Source: an uncultured Gemmatimonadales bacterium (GTDB taxonomy: Bacteria > Gemmatimonadota > Gemmatimonadetes > Gemmatimonadales > Gemmatimonadaceae). From it: a stretch of 64,000 nucleotides of DNA. How positions within the stretch are numbered: position 1 is the stretch's first letter; every line of letters starts with the position of its first letter. Positions 32,397-43,127 of this stretch are shown here, piece after piece. The position numbers were made by a program, and so were the translations under genes. The notes under the pieces were generated by a model that ran no database searches, was not told the DNA's origin, and saw only the letters and a list, made by a program, of their open reading frames with translations. The DNA is taken from NCBI GenBank assembly GCA_963850905.1, contig CAWKMU010000003.1, positions 576,001-640,000 on the forward strand. Reading direction: 5' to 3'.

Positions 32397-34075
32397 CGCC
32401 CTTACCAGCCTCTTATACGCTATTCGATGCGGCCGGTCCGCATCCACGCCCTTGCGTCGATGGAAGTCCTCGGCGTACGCCCGGTAGTTGCCTTCGAACC
32501 AGACGACCTCGCTGTCGCCCTCAAACGCGAGAATGTGCGTCGCGATGCGGTCGAGAAACCAGCGGTCGTGCGTGATGACGACGGCGCATCCGGCGAAATC
32601 CAGCAGCGCCTCTTCCAGCGCGCGCAGCGTGTCGACGTCGAGATCGTTCGTCGGCTCGTCGAGCAGCAGGAGGTTGCCGCCGCTCTTGAGCAGTTTGGCG
32701 AGGTGCAGCCGATTGCGCTCCCCACCCGAGAGGTCGCTGCACTTTCTTCTGCTGATCCGCACCGCGGAAGTTGAAGCTCGCGAGATACGCGCGCGTGTTC
32801 ATCTCGCGCTTGCCGACGAGCATCGTCTCGTGCCCACCGCTCACCTCCTCCCACACTGATCGCGCGCCGTCGAGGGTCGCGGCTCTGATCCACGTACGCG
32901 AGCTGCACGGTCTCGCCGATCGTGAGCGTACCGCTATCGGGCTTCTCCTCCCCGACGATCAGTCGGAAGAGCGTCGTCTTGCCCGCGCCGTTCGGGCCGA
33001 TGACTCCCACAATGCCGCCACGCGGCAGCGCGAACGACAGCCCGTCGAACAGCAGCGTGTCGCCGAAGCCCTTCTTGAGATCCGTCGCAGTCACGACTTC
33101 GTTGCCCAGGCGCGGCGGTGGCGGAATCACGATCTCGTTCTGCATCACACGCTCGGCCGTGTCGGCTTTCGCGAGATCCTCGTATCGCTGCACGCGAGCC
33201 TTGGACTTCGCCTGCCGGGCGCGCGGCGCCATCCGCACCCACTCGAGCTCGCGCTCGAGCGTCCGCTGGCGGGCCGATGCCTGCTTCTCCTCCTGCGCGA
33301 GCCGCGTGCGCTTCTGCTCGAGCCACGCGCTGTAGTTCCCCTCGTACGGGATCCCGTGCCCGCGATCGAGCTCCAGGATCCAGCCGGCGACGTTGTCGAG
33401 GAAATACCGGTCGTGCGTCACCGCGACGACCGTCCCCGGAAACTCGGCAAGGTGCCGCTCCAGCCACGCCACGCTCTCGGCGTCGAGATGGTTCGTCGGC
33501 TCATCCAGCAGCAGCATGTCGGGCTCCTCGAGCAGCACACGGCAGAGCGCGACGCGACGGCGCTCACCGCCCGAGAGACGCGACACATCGGCGTCGCCCG
33601 GCGGCAGTCGCAGCGCGTCCATCGCGATCTCGATCTTGCGATCGAGCTCCCACGCGTTGCGTGGCCTCGATGCGCTCCTGCACCGCCGCCTGCTCGTCGA
33701 GCAGCTTCGTCATCTCGGCGTCGCGACATCGGCTCGGCGAACCGCAGCCGAGATCTCCTCGTAGCGCCGCACGAGGTCGCGCGTTGCGCGCACCGCCTCC
33801 TCGACATTGCCGCGCACGTCCTTCGACGCGTCCAGCTGCGGCTCCTGCGACAGAAAGCCGATGCGCGTGCCCGCATGCGGCCAGGCCTCGCCCTGAAAGT
33901 CCTGGTCGACACCCGCCATGATCCGCAGGAGCGAGGACTTCCCGGCGCCATTTGCGCCCAGCACGCCGATCTTTGCGCCCGGATAGAAGGACAGCCAAAT
34001 GTCGCGCAAGATCTCCCGCGACGGCGGGACGACTTTGCGCAGACCCTTCATGACGTAGATGAATTGGGGAGCCAT
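32394..34075 (-). CDS. ettA: Energy-dependent translational throttle ABC-F protein, several frameshifts
   Basis: [12 protein letters not shown]...[39 protein letters not shown] and [13 protein letters not shown]. Confidence 0.93.
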
Positions 34076-34110
34076 AATCGGCAGAATGCTAATGGGCTCC
34101 TGGCGTTGAC

Positions 34111-34334
34111 TGAACGGCCGCACGCCAAACAGCGGGGTCAGGGGTCGGGGAAGACCGCGATCCGTCCCTTGGCGGGTAGGGGCGACGCATGCGTCGCCCG
34201 TCGGCGTGACCGCACGACCCGCCTTGGACCGGTAGGGGCGACGCCTTGCGTCGCCCGTCGTTGTCGTTGCGGTTGTTGGTCCCAGACCCCAGACCCCAGA
34301 CCCCGGGTCCCTGACCCCCGCTGTTTGCCGTTCA
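34111..34334. repeat. Composite heptamer element with two REPs (34176-34199, 34232-34256)
   Basis: Termini TGAACGGC..AAACAGCGGGGTCAGGG and CCCTGACCCCCGCTGTTTGCCGTTCA, with internal (CAGACCC)n. Confidence 0.9.
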
Positions 34335-34502
34335 AACACCAGACAGATCGCCCCTCAAAAAGGCCCATTCCGGAACATTTGACCTACTCCCAACTCGCAA
34401 TCTGCCAGTCAGTTACAGAATTGTAGCGCTCGGTTAGGGTGAGTCGTCCCGGGCTTGACGGCGAGCTCAGCAGTGAGCCCGCCCCAGCCGAGAGGGACCA
34501 CC

Positions 34503-36059
34503 ATGACCGGGACGATCCCAGGACCGGCCGCGCAGCGTCCTCGCGCGGCTTCCCGGCGGTGCGCAGCCAAGGTTTACGCGTGCCTCGTGACCGCAGTCAC
34601 CACCGCGTGCTTTGTCGGTGCAGCCTCCGATACCACTGGCCCGTCGGGTGCCCTCGGCTTCAGGCCGCCCCCGCAACCACCACCGCCACCCACCAGCGCG
34701 GCCACACCGCCACCCACGGAGGCGGACACGGTGCTGGTGACGCCCAACATCAGCCGGCCCGGCTTCGCGATCGCCCCGAACTTCGAGGGATTGAGCCTCG
34801 AGATCTGGGACGCAATCAACAACCCGCGCCTCGCCGATCCGGCACTCGAGCAGTTCCTCGTCAACCTCGGACCGGGCGTGCTCCGCATCGGCGGCATCAC
34901 GGCCGATGAGCACTGGTGGAACCCCACCACGCGCGTCGCGCGCACCGACGGCGCGCCGGTCATCATCAACGCCGACTTCACCACGCTCTTCGCGTTTTCG
35001 CGCGCAACCAACTGGCCGGTCATCTACACCGTCAACCTCGCGAACTTGCAGCCGGACACCGCGGCCGCCGAAGTCCAGGCGCTGGCCGCCGCCGGGGGAA
35101 AGTCACTCCTTGGCGTCTCCATCGGCAACGAGCCCGATCAGTACGTGTCGGATGGATTCCGCTCCAGCAGCTGGGACTGGACGCAGATGCAGAGCCAGTG
35201 GACCAGCTACGCCAATGCGATTCAGGCGCGCACGCCCGGCGTCAAGTTCGTCGGCCTCGATGGATGCTGCGTGACCGCACTCGGCTGGCTTCCAGGCTTT
35301 GTCAGTAGCCAAGCGTCGCGGCTCGCCCTCGGATCGCATCACATCTATCCCGAATGGAACGGCGCCCAGTCGGGCACCAACTACTATCCGTCCATCACCA
35401 ATCTCTTGGACTCGCTGACGACCAATCGAGTGAGCAGCGACGTCGTGGAGCTCTACCAGGCGCTTGGTGGGCAAGTCCCGCTTCGCATCACGGAATCGAA
35501 TTCGGTCGCAGCCGGCGGCGCACCAGGCGTCAGCAACGTGTTCGCGGCGAGCCTGTGGGGAATCGAGCACATGTTCACGTTGGCCGAAAACGGGGCAACC
35601 GGTGTGAACTTCCACGGTTCGCTGAGCGGCGGTACCTACCAGCCGATCGACGGCACCCCCGGTAACTACACCGCGCGCCCCCTCTATTACGCGATGCTGG
35701 TGTTCCACTCCGCCGCACAGGGACAGACCATCCCCGTCGCAGTCACCACGCACTGGAACGTGGCCGTCCACGCGACGGTGGCCTCCGACGGCACGCTCCG
35801 CATCACGGCGATCAACCGCGAGCCCTCGACCGCCGTGCAAGTCCGCGTCACCCCGGGCCGCTCATACACGCACGCCGGCACGCTCCGCCTCACCGGTCCA
35901 TCACTGACTGCCACGTCGGGCATCACCTTCGCCGGCAGCAGCGTGAGCTCGACCGGCGTGTGGAAGCCCGGGACGCAGGAAGCCGTGTACACGCAAAACG
36001 GCGTCTACGCGATCTCGCTCCCGGCCGCAAGCGCGGCCGTCCTCACCCTGCAGCCGTAA
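34503..36059 (+). CDS. Glycoside hydrolase family 79-like (beta-glucuronidase/heparanase), secreted, Pro-rich linker
   Basis: GLSLE, LRIGG, IGNEPD (acid/base), RITESNS (nucleophile), GVSNVFAASLW, GVNFHG and RPLYYAM. Confidence 0.82.
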   Translation: MTGTIPGPAAQRPRAASRRCAAKVYACLVTAVTTACFVGAASDTTGPSGALGFRPPPQPPPPPTSAATPPPTEADTVLVTPNISRPGFAIAPNFEGLSLEIWDAINNPRLADPALEQFLVNLGPGVLRIGGITADEHWWNPTTRVARTDGAPVIINADFTTLFAFSRATNWPVIYTVNLANLQPDTAAAEVQALAAAGGKSLLGVSIGNEPDQYVSDGFRSSSWDWTQMQSQWTSYANAIQARTPGVKFVGLDGCCVTALGWLPGFVSSQASRLALGSHHIYPEWNGAQSGTNYYPSITNLLDSLTTNRVSSDVVELYQALGGQVPLRITESNSVAAGGAPGVSNVFAASLWGIEHMFTLAENGATGVNFHGSLSGGTYQPIDGTPGNYTARPLYYAMLVFHSAAQGQTIPVAVTTHWNVAVHATVASDGTLRITAINREPSTAVQVRVTPGRSYTHAGTLRLTGPSLTATSGITFAGSSVSSTGVWKPGTQEAVYTQNGVYAISLPAASAAVLTLQP

Positions 36060-36072
36060 CACGCATGGACCG

Positions 36073-36170
36073 GTAGGGGCGACGCATTGCGTCGCCCTCC
36101 TGCACCGCCCGCACCGATTCCCCCTGCGGCGGGTGGGGGCGACGCATTGCGTCGCCCTCCCTCACCGCCC
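36073..36170 (+). repeat. Two tandem REP palindromes with 60-bp period
   Basis: GTAG/GTGG-GGGCGACGCATTGCGTCGCCCTCC..CACCGCCC at 36073 and 36133. Confidence 0.9.
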
Positions 36171-36747
36171 CCTAAATCGCAATTCCAACATCGTCGCCGG
36201 CCGCCCCGCCTCATCCGCAACCGATAGCGTCAGCCGGTCCAAGTGTGCCGGCTCGGCGAGATCCACCGCCAGCAGGGCACGCCGCGCGTCCGCCGTCAGC
36301 GTGCGATAGAGGTTGAGCGTGACGTGAGGAGTGAACGTGAAGCGCACGGGCCCGAATACGAGGCCTGATTGCGCGATCCGGTCGTGCAGGATGCGCAGCG
36401 GCCCATGCGGGTCGAGCGGCAGGCTGATGATGTCGGTCTGCATGAAGCGATGCGGCCGGCCCAGCGCCAGGGTAAGGGGCTCGCGTATCGTCGACGATCG
36501 GCCCGAGCGCACGCTCCAGCGCCTGGCGCGGCGTACCCGCGCGAATCGGTCCGACACCAGATGAGCCCGCGAGCGTGATATGCGGCGGGAACGAAGCGGC
36601 GAGCTTGGGATCGTGCCGCTCCTGCAGGTCGTGGATGACCGCCGCCGTCGGGCCCGCGATCGGCGCCAGCACGAAGATGCCCGCCGGTCGTCGCCACTCA
36701 CCGTACTCGTCATCGACCGCGTGCTGGTCGAGCCGGGCGTCATTCGC
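36162..36747 (-). CDS. 2H phosphoesterase (2'-5' RNA ligase family), frameshift near 36485
   Basis: Two HxT motifs, PPHITL and TPHVTL, in adjacent frames. Confidence 0.8.
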
Positions 36748-37965
36748 GCAAGGCGAATCTCGCGAGAAAGGCTGATGTCCGCCTCGAACATCGCTTCGGC
36801 TTCGGCGCCCGTCTTCGGATCTTCGATCACCGCGTCCAGCTCGAAGTTGATCGCCACACCCAGCGGATTGAAGTCGGTCGATCCGACGCGGATCCAGCGG
36901 CCGTCGGTCACCGTCGTCTTGGCATGCATCATTTCGCCCGTCCACTCCCAGATCCGCACCCCGTTCATGAGCAGGCGACGGTAGAACTGACGCGTCAACA
37001 GCCGGATCCACGGATGGTCGTAGCGGCTGGGCACCAAAACGCGGACATCGACGCCATCGCGCGCGGCGCCGTTCAGCGCTTCCACCTCGCTGTAGGACGG
37101 GACGAAGTAGGCGCTCGCGATCCAGATCGAGCGTTCGGCCGACACGGCTTGCATCTGCAGTGCGCGCGCGACGCGGAAGCGCCCGGGCTCGCCCTCGATG
37201 ATCCCGACCAGTGCCGGCGCGTCCGTGGACGGATCGAGGTGTGCGCCGCGCGACCTGCCGCGTGACGTAGCGATGCGCCCCGCGCCGCTCCTGACCATGG
37301 CTGCGGTGCCACATGTGGTCGAACGCGCTCGCTCAGGTCGCGAGCGGCTGGGCCGTCAATGCGCACCGCCGTGTCCCGCCACGGCGACCGACGCCGCTTG
37401 AGCACGCCCGTGCGCCACTCGTTGCCAATGCCGATGCCCCCCGGTGACACCGGCCGCGCCGTCGACGACCAGGAGCTTGCGGTGATCGCGTGGCACGAGC
37501 CCCAGCCAGCGTCGTGTGAGCGATGGCGGATTGAAGATCGAGACGTCGACGCCGCGAGGTCGCATTCTGCGTGAAGAACGAGCGCGGGGTGCCCATCCGC
37601 CCGACCCAGTCGACGAGCAGGCGCACGCTGATACCGCGCGCCGCCGCAGCCATGAGTGCATCGGCGAACCGCCGACCGACCTCATCGCCCCGGAAGATGT
37701 ACGCCTCGACCGCGACCGACTCCCGCGCGCCGTCGATGAGCTCGAGCATCGTCGCGAAGGTGTGATCCCCATCTCGGAGCAGCTGGACCTGGTTGCCGCT
37801 CGATACGTCCGCCGACGCGATGCGCCAGAGTCCGCGCGCGAACGATGGCCCCGAACCGACCGGGACCACGCCCACGCCGCCCGGCGCCGGCTCAACCGGC
37901 GACAGACCCGGCGGCTGCTCGACCGTCGGGGCATCCAGCGGTAGTCGAGGGCTAGGAAGCGCCAC
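36744..37965 (-). CDS. Cardiolipin synthase-like phospholipase D, frameshifted
   Basis: Two HKD motifs (RDHRKLLVVDG and MHAKTTVTDG), plus GNQVQLLRDG and WRDT. Confidence 0.87.
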
Positions 37966-37994
37966 AGGACTCGCCGCGAGGCGGCTCGTAGTGC

Positions 37995-38208
37995 GGAGAA
38001 AGGAGAGAGGAGAAAGGAGACAGCGAGGGGGGCCGACAGGCTAGCATAAGGAGGAGAGATAACACCTGGCGTATACCTGCTCCCAGAGCACCAACACCAA
38101 GAGACTGGGCACCAAACAGACGAGTACCGCTCAGTCCTCGTCCCGGCGGTGCGTCCGCGCAGATGCTAGGCGTTGTCTCCTTTCTCCTTTCTGGGGTTCT
38201 CCTTTCTC
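37995..38208. repeat. GGAGAAA inverted heptamer element between divergent PLD and fabI
   Basis: GGAGAAAGGAGAGAGGAGAAAGGAGACAGCG ... CTAGCAT, paired with ATGCTAG ... CGTTGTCTCCTTTCTCCTTTCT. Confidence 0.8.
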
Positions 38209-38269
38209 GGGCGCGTAAGCGCCCGCCCCGCCCCCTTCTGTTCGTAAGCCAACATTCACATCATCCGCC

Positions 38270-39163
38270 ATGCTGACGATCGATCTCACGGGAAAACGCG
38301 CGCTCATTGCAGGCGTGGCCGACGACGCGGGGTACGGGTTTGCGATCGCCAAGGCGCTGGCGAGCGCGGGCGCGACGGTCAGCGTAGCGACATGGCCTCC
38401 AGCGCTCACGATTTTCAGGAACCTGCTCGAGCGCGGGAAAATGGACGCCGCCCGGCGGCTGCCTGACGGGTCGTTGCTCACGTTCGAGCGGATCTATCCG
38501 TTCGACGCGGCCTTCGATACGCTGGCGGACGCACCAGAAGATCTGCGCACGAGCAAACGGTACAAGGAGGTGGGTGACTTCTCGGTCGCCGGACTTGCCG
38601 ACCGCTGGAGGACAGATTTCGGTGATCGCTCGCTCGATATTCTCGTGCACTCGCTCGCGAACGGGCCTGACGTGACCAAGCCCCTGCTCGACACGAGCCG
38701 AGCCGGATACCTCGCAGCTGTGAACGTGAGCGCCTTTTCCCTCGTCGCCCTCGTCGCGCGTCTCGGCCCGCTCCTCCGTCCCGGTGCATCCGTCCTGTCA
38801 CTCACCTACATGGCGAGCGAGCGCGTCATCCCCGGGTACGGCGGCGGCATGTCGTCCGCCAAGGCGGCGCTGGAAAGCGACACGCGCGTGTTGGCCTTCG
38901 AAGCGGGCCGACGTTTTGGCGTCCGCATCAACACGATCTCCGCGGGCCCCCTCGCCTCACGAGCCGCGAGCGCCATCGGCATCATCGAGCGCATGGTCCA
39001 ACACTGCGCCGCCAACTCGCCGCTCCCCGAGCCGGTCCAACCCGCCGACGTCGCCTATACCGCCGCGTTCCTCGCCAGCCCCCTCGGCGCCGGCATCACG
39101 GGCTCCACGGTGTACGTGGACAAGGGGTACCATGTGATGGGGATGGATGTGGGTAAGGCATAA
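38270..39163 (+). CDS. fabI: Enoyl-ACP reductase, plant/Chlamydia type
   Basis: GVADDAGYGFAIAK, HSLANGP and PGYGGGMSSAKAALESDTRVLAFEAGR. Confidence 0.93.
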   Translation: MLTIDLTGKRALIAGVADDAGYGFAIAKALASAGATVSVATWPPALTIFRNLLERGKMDAARRLPDGSLLTFERIYPFDAAFDTLADAPEDLRTSKRYKEVGDFSVAGLADRWRTDFGDRSLDILVHSLANGPDVTKPLLDTSRAGYLAAVNVSAFSLVALVARLGPLLRPGASVLSLTYMASERVIPGYGGGMSSAKAALESDTRVLAFEAGRRFGVRINTISAGPLASRAASAIGIIERMVQHCAANSPLPEPVQPADVAYTAAFLASPLGAGITGSTVYVDKGYHVMGMDVGKA

Positions 39164-39321
39164 CGGCGGGTTTGGGGTTTGGGGTGGGGAACTGCGACAA
39201 ACAGAATCGGCCAATCACGGTGCCCCGTGACTGGCCGTCGCGTTTGTTGTAGTGACCCCAGACCCCAAACCCGCCGTTCAGTTTCCACCCCAGACCCCAA
39301 CGACCCTAGACCCGCAGTTCA
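39162..39321. repeat. GGGTTTG/CAGACCC inverted heptamer element with internal hairpin
   Basis: AACGGCGGGTTTGGGGT paired with ACCCCAAACCCGCCGTT; inner CGGCCAATCACGG..CCGTGACTGGCCG. Confidence 0.85.
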
Positions 39322-39525
39322 GCCCCTCGCATCGTCCCGACTTCCCACCACGTCGGCCGGAATGGTCGTCGGCAGCCGCGGGTCCCGATACGTCGCCTTG
39401 TGGATCGCGTACGCAGTCACGTAGAGAGCAACCGTCAAGATCGAGATGAACGCAGCCACGCCCCAGCCCCGGTTGCCCGGGTAGGGGATGTAGCGGCCGC
39501 CGTTCGATCGATTGGTGTCAGCCAT
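39319..39525 (-). CDS. Small single-TM protein (68 aa)
   Basis: GGAGG RBS; MADTNRS...GWGVAAFISILTVALYVTAYAIHKATYRDP. Confidence 0.65.
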   Translation of the reverse strand: MADTNRSNGGRYIPYPGNRGWGVAAFISILTVALYVTAYAIHKATYRDPRLPTTIPADVVGSRDDARG

Positions 39526-39547
39526 GTCAGAGCCTCCGGGCGGCAAA

Positions 39548-41671
39548 TTATCGAGGGACGATCGGCGGTGCCAGTCCGCCATCCGTCGCCGGACCGGGTG
39601 GATCGCCGAGTGGTGCGTCGCCCCAGGTATCGTCGGACGGTCGCATGTCGGGAACCGCCGCGCGGTTCGGCCACAGACGCGCGCCGACCACGCGGGCAGC
39701 GACGGGGATCTCGACGTCGATGGACATGCCGCGCGCCCACAGGTCGACGGGCAGGTGCACATCCTGGGTTGAGCCGTTGGCGAGCTTCAGCCGCAGCGAC
39801 ACCGGGAAGACGAGCCGCGAGTATCGACGCAGTGTGACGACCGCCGTCGCCCTGGCCGCGGTGTCATGCCCCATTGATCCGCGCATTCTGAATGCTGTCG
39901 ATGCCGACGTCGAGCCGCGCGGTGGTGTAGAAGTATCCGCGCCAGAGCCACGCCAGGTCGGCGCCCGTCACGTTCTCGATCGTTCGAAAGAAATCGCCCG
40001 GCGTCGGATGCTTGTACGACCAGCGCCGGAAGTATTCCCGCATCGCCCGATCGAACGCGTCGCGCGCGACGACATGGTCACGCAACGCCAGCAGCACGGC
40101 AGCCGGCTTCTCGTACGCGTCGTTGGCCAGCGCCACTTCGTCGATGTGATCCGGACGTGTCATGAGCGGTGCATCAATACCCGCCGCCGCGGTCTGCTCC
40201 CAGATCGCGAGGAAGCTGGCCCAGTTGTCCATCCCAGGCGGCCACTTGCGCGGATCGGTGCCGTAGCGCCGCTCCTGCGAGAACGCGTTCATGTACGTGT
40301 TGATGCCCTCGTCCATCCATGCGAAGCGCCGCTCATTCGACCCGACAACCATCGGGAACCACTCGTGGCCGTGCTCGTGATCGTTCGTGCGAAAGACATC
40401 GCCCGGCGCACCGCGCTGCGTGTATTCGACCATCACGAACATCGGATATTCCATCCCCGATACGGGGCCGGCCACCGAGGACGCTTGGGGATAGGGGTAG
40501 GCCCCGATCAGCGCCGAGTACATGCGCAGCGTCCACTGCGTGTTCTCCGCGACGTGCTCCCACTCGCGACCGGCCTTCGGCTCCTCGTAGTACGACTGGC
40601 ACAACGCGCCAGCCTCGCGTCCCGCGAGGGGTCCGCTCCAGGCAGCATCCCAGCGGAAGTCCGGAGCGCCACCCCACGCGACGTCGCGCACGTTCTGCGC
40701 ACGGAAGTGCCACGTCTTCGTGCCCGGCACGCACCCGCCCCTTGGCGCTCTTGGCTTCGTCCGCCGTGATGATCCCGACAACTGCCGTATCGTGCGCGGC
40801 CTGGGCCAGGCGGTCCCGCTCGACGCTCGTCAGGACCTCCGCCGCGTTCTCGAGCACGCCGCTGCCACCGACCGTGTAGCCCGCGGGCACCGTCACGCTG
40901 TAGTCGATGTCGCCGTACTCGAGGTAGAACTCCCCCTGCCCGAGATACTGGTCCGTATTCCATCCGCGGACGTCGTCGTACACCACCATCCGCGGATACC
41001 ACTGGGCGAACTCGTACAGTGGCCCGTCCCGCCCCATGCGATCCGAACCGTGTTCGGGGATGAGAAACCGGTATTGCACGACGACCGTGAGCTGCCCGCC
41101 GCGAGCCGGGAGCGGCTCTAGCAGATCGAGTCGCATCATCGTGCCGTCGACGAATGGCGTGACGGCCTTGCCATCGGCGGTGATCGTCCCCAGGACGTAG
41201 CCGCCGTCGAAGCCAGCGCCGCTGTTCCGGCTATCGCCGGGAAAGAGGAAGGACCCCGCACTCCCGCGCCGAAAGAGGTTCTGGTCCAGCTGCATCCACA
41301 CCGAACGCAGCGTGTCGGGCGAGTTGTTGGTGTAATGCACCGTCACGGTACCGCTGAGCGTCTTGGCCGCCGTGTCGAGCGGTCGCGACGATGCTGTAGT
41401 CCGCGCGCTGCTGCCAGTACTGCGGGCCAGGCGCGCCCGAGGCGTCTCGGTACACGTTCGGCCCCGGCCAGTCCGACCGGTTCATCGTGAAGAAAGGACT
41501 GTCCATCGCGTCCGCGACACCCGAGTCGAGTGAGGGCAGTCGCGTGACGGGGACGGGCCCGTGACTCACGATCGGCGTGGGAGCCGCCGCAACCGGCGCG
41601 TTGCGGGATTGTGATGCGCACGCCGCGGCAAAGAGCCCGGCAGCCATCCCAGCAGTCAACACGCAGCGCAT
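39548..41671 (-). CDS. M1 family metallo-aminopeptidase lipoprotein, about 3 frameshifts
   Basis: AAAC lipobox, YWQQRADY, GMEYPM and HEHGHEWF...WMDEG (HExxH-x18-E). Confidence 0.9.
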
Positions 41672-41731
41672 GACGCCTGAGGGAGAGAAGAGAGTGGTCG
41701 GAGGGGACGAGCCGGGAGGTGCGAGCCGAGC

Positions 41732-42271
41732 TTATTGTCGGGCGGACGCCTTCCGCTTGCGCGTGCGCGCAGGCGCCGGCGAGCGTCGCCGAGACTTCCG
41801 CCGCGGCGGGGGCGCGAGGATCGTGCCCCGACAGGCGGATGTGCCGCACCGGCAGGGATAGAGGGCCTCATCTTCGGGGCCGGCGTCGTCGGCTCGCTCG
41901 TATGCATAGTCGTAAAACAGCTCCGACCCCACCGGGATCGGTCGCAGCGCATCGATGAAGACCCGGCCCTGCTCGATGACGGCCTCGCAGTTCGGTGCAC
42001 AGGAGTGGTTGATGAAGCGGGTGTCGTTGCCTCCGATCGCCGCGTCGATCACCGTCCGGGAAGTCACCGTGAATAGAAAGGTGTGATGCTGCGCCATCGC
42101 CTCATCGTCGTACCGGCGATCGCCCTCGGCTTGGGAAATCCGCTCCCCCACGTACTCCCCCAGGCGGTCGCCCTTCCGGATCGGGCGCGCCGCGTAGGCC
42201 CCCAGCCCATGGATCGAGGAAGTGCGGATCTCGAACGGCTGCGTGTCGGGCACCGGTTTGCTCAACGCCAT
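41732..42271 (-). CDS. SET-domain protein-lysine N-methyltransferase with post-SET domain and basic tail
   Basis: SSIHGLG, RFINHSCAPN, ELFYDY and CRCGTSACRG. Confidence 0.93.
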   Translation of the reverse strand: MALSKPVPDTQPFEIRTSSIHGLGAYAARPIRKGDRLGEYVGERISQAEGDRRYDDEAMAQHHTFLFTVTSRTVIDAAIGGNDTRFINHSCAPNCEAVIEQGRVFIDALRPIPVGSELFYDYAYERADDAGPEDEALYPCRCGTSACRGTILAPPPRRKSRRRSPAPARTRKRKASARQ

Positions 42272-42386
42272 AACAAAACTGTCGTCTCCACGCTACGCTG
42301 TGATTGATGAGGCCGGCAAGTCGCGGCCCCGTGGGAATTTACGGTTTGGCGCTGCAGGTACGTAACGTGCTGCTGGGCCTGCCTGC

Positions 42387-43049
42387 ATGCCGCAACCCGC
42401 CGACGTTCGGCCCACAGCCCCGCCAGTGCCGACGCCGGCCGCAGCCACTGGCAACCCCGGGGTGCTGGCATCGTGGCGGACGACCCTGTCCCGGCCTGCC
42501 TCCCCGGTCGCCATTCTGGCCGCAACAGCGACCGCGGTGGCCGTGATCGACCTCGCGACCAAGCAGATCGCGAGCTTCGTCCTGGGCACCCAGGGCGATG
42601 TGTCGATCCCCCTCATCCACCAGGCTGTCCGCCTCAGGGTCATTCTCAACGACCAGTCCGCGTTTGGCGTGTCGCTCGGCCCCTATACGTGGCACATCAA
42701 CCTTGTGCTGACCGCCGTCGCGCTCCTGTTGTGCCTCTCCCTCTGCCGAGCACTCGCCGTCATCGACCACTGGTCTCCCGTGATGCTGGGGCTCATCACC
42801 GGCGCCGCAACTGGCAATCTCGTCAGCCTGATCTCCTCTCCCGAGGGCGTCCCGGATTTCATTGCCGTGCGCAGTGCCCACGGGCACGAGCTCGTATTCA
42901 ACCTGGCCGACGTGGCCGCTGTCATCGGCGTGGCGCTCCTCATCCGCACGACCTGGGCCGTCGCGCGCGCCCTCGCGCACCCACGAGAAACCAGACCGGG
43001 ACCACGCCAGCCCAGCCCTGACCGCACAAACCCACTGATCGGCGGGTAG
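42387..43049 (+). CDS. lspA: Lipoprotein signal peptidase II (divergent)
   Basis: DLATKQ, N..SAFG, GAATGNL, VPDFI and FNLAD. Confidence 0.75.
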   Translation: MPQPADVRPTAPPVPTPAAATGNPGVLASWRTTLSRPASPVAILAATATAVAVIDLATKQIASFVLGTQGDVSIPLIHQAVRLRVILNDQSAFGVSLGPYTWHINLVLTAVALLLCLSLCRALAVIDHWSPVMLGLITGAATGNLVSLISSPEGVPDFIAVRSAHGHELVFNLADVAAVIGVALLIRTTWAVARALAHPRETRPGPRQPSPDRTNPLIGG

Positions 43050-43127
43050 GGCCGACGCCATGCGGCACCCGCCGTCACCGTCTGCACCACGTGACGCGCC
43101 CACCGTTCCCCAAGTCCCCAAGGTGCC

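Noticed and set aside
36073..36170. CRISPR-like repeat-spacer-repeat
   Set aside because: Only two units, matching the dispersed REP family, and no cas genes.
36162..37298. Apparent phospholipase D / 2H phosphoesterase fusion ORF
   Set aside because: A single C>T on the minus strand at 36746 gives both the PLD TGA stop and a GTG start for the 2H gene (GTGA overlap), and the middle of the ORF is out of frame. An error is more likely than a real fusion.
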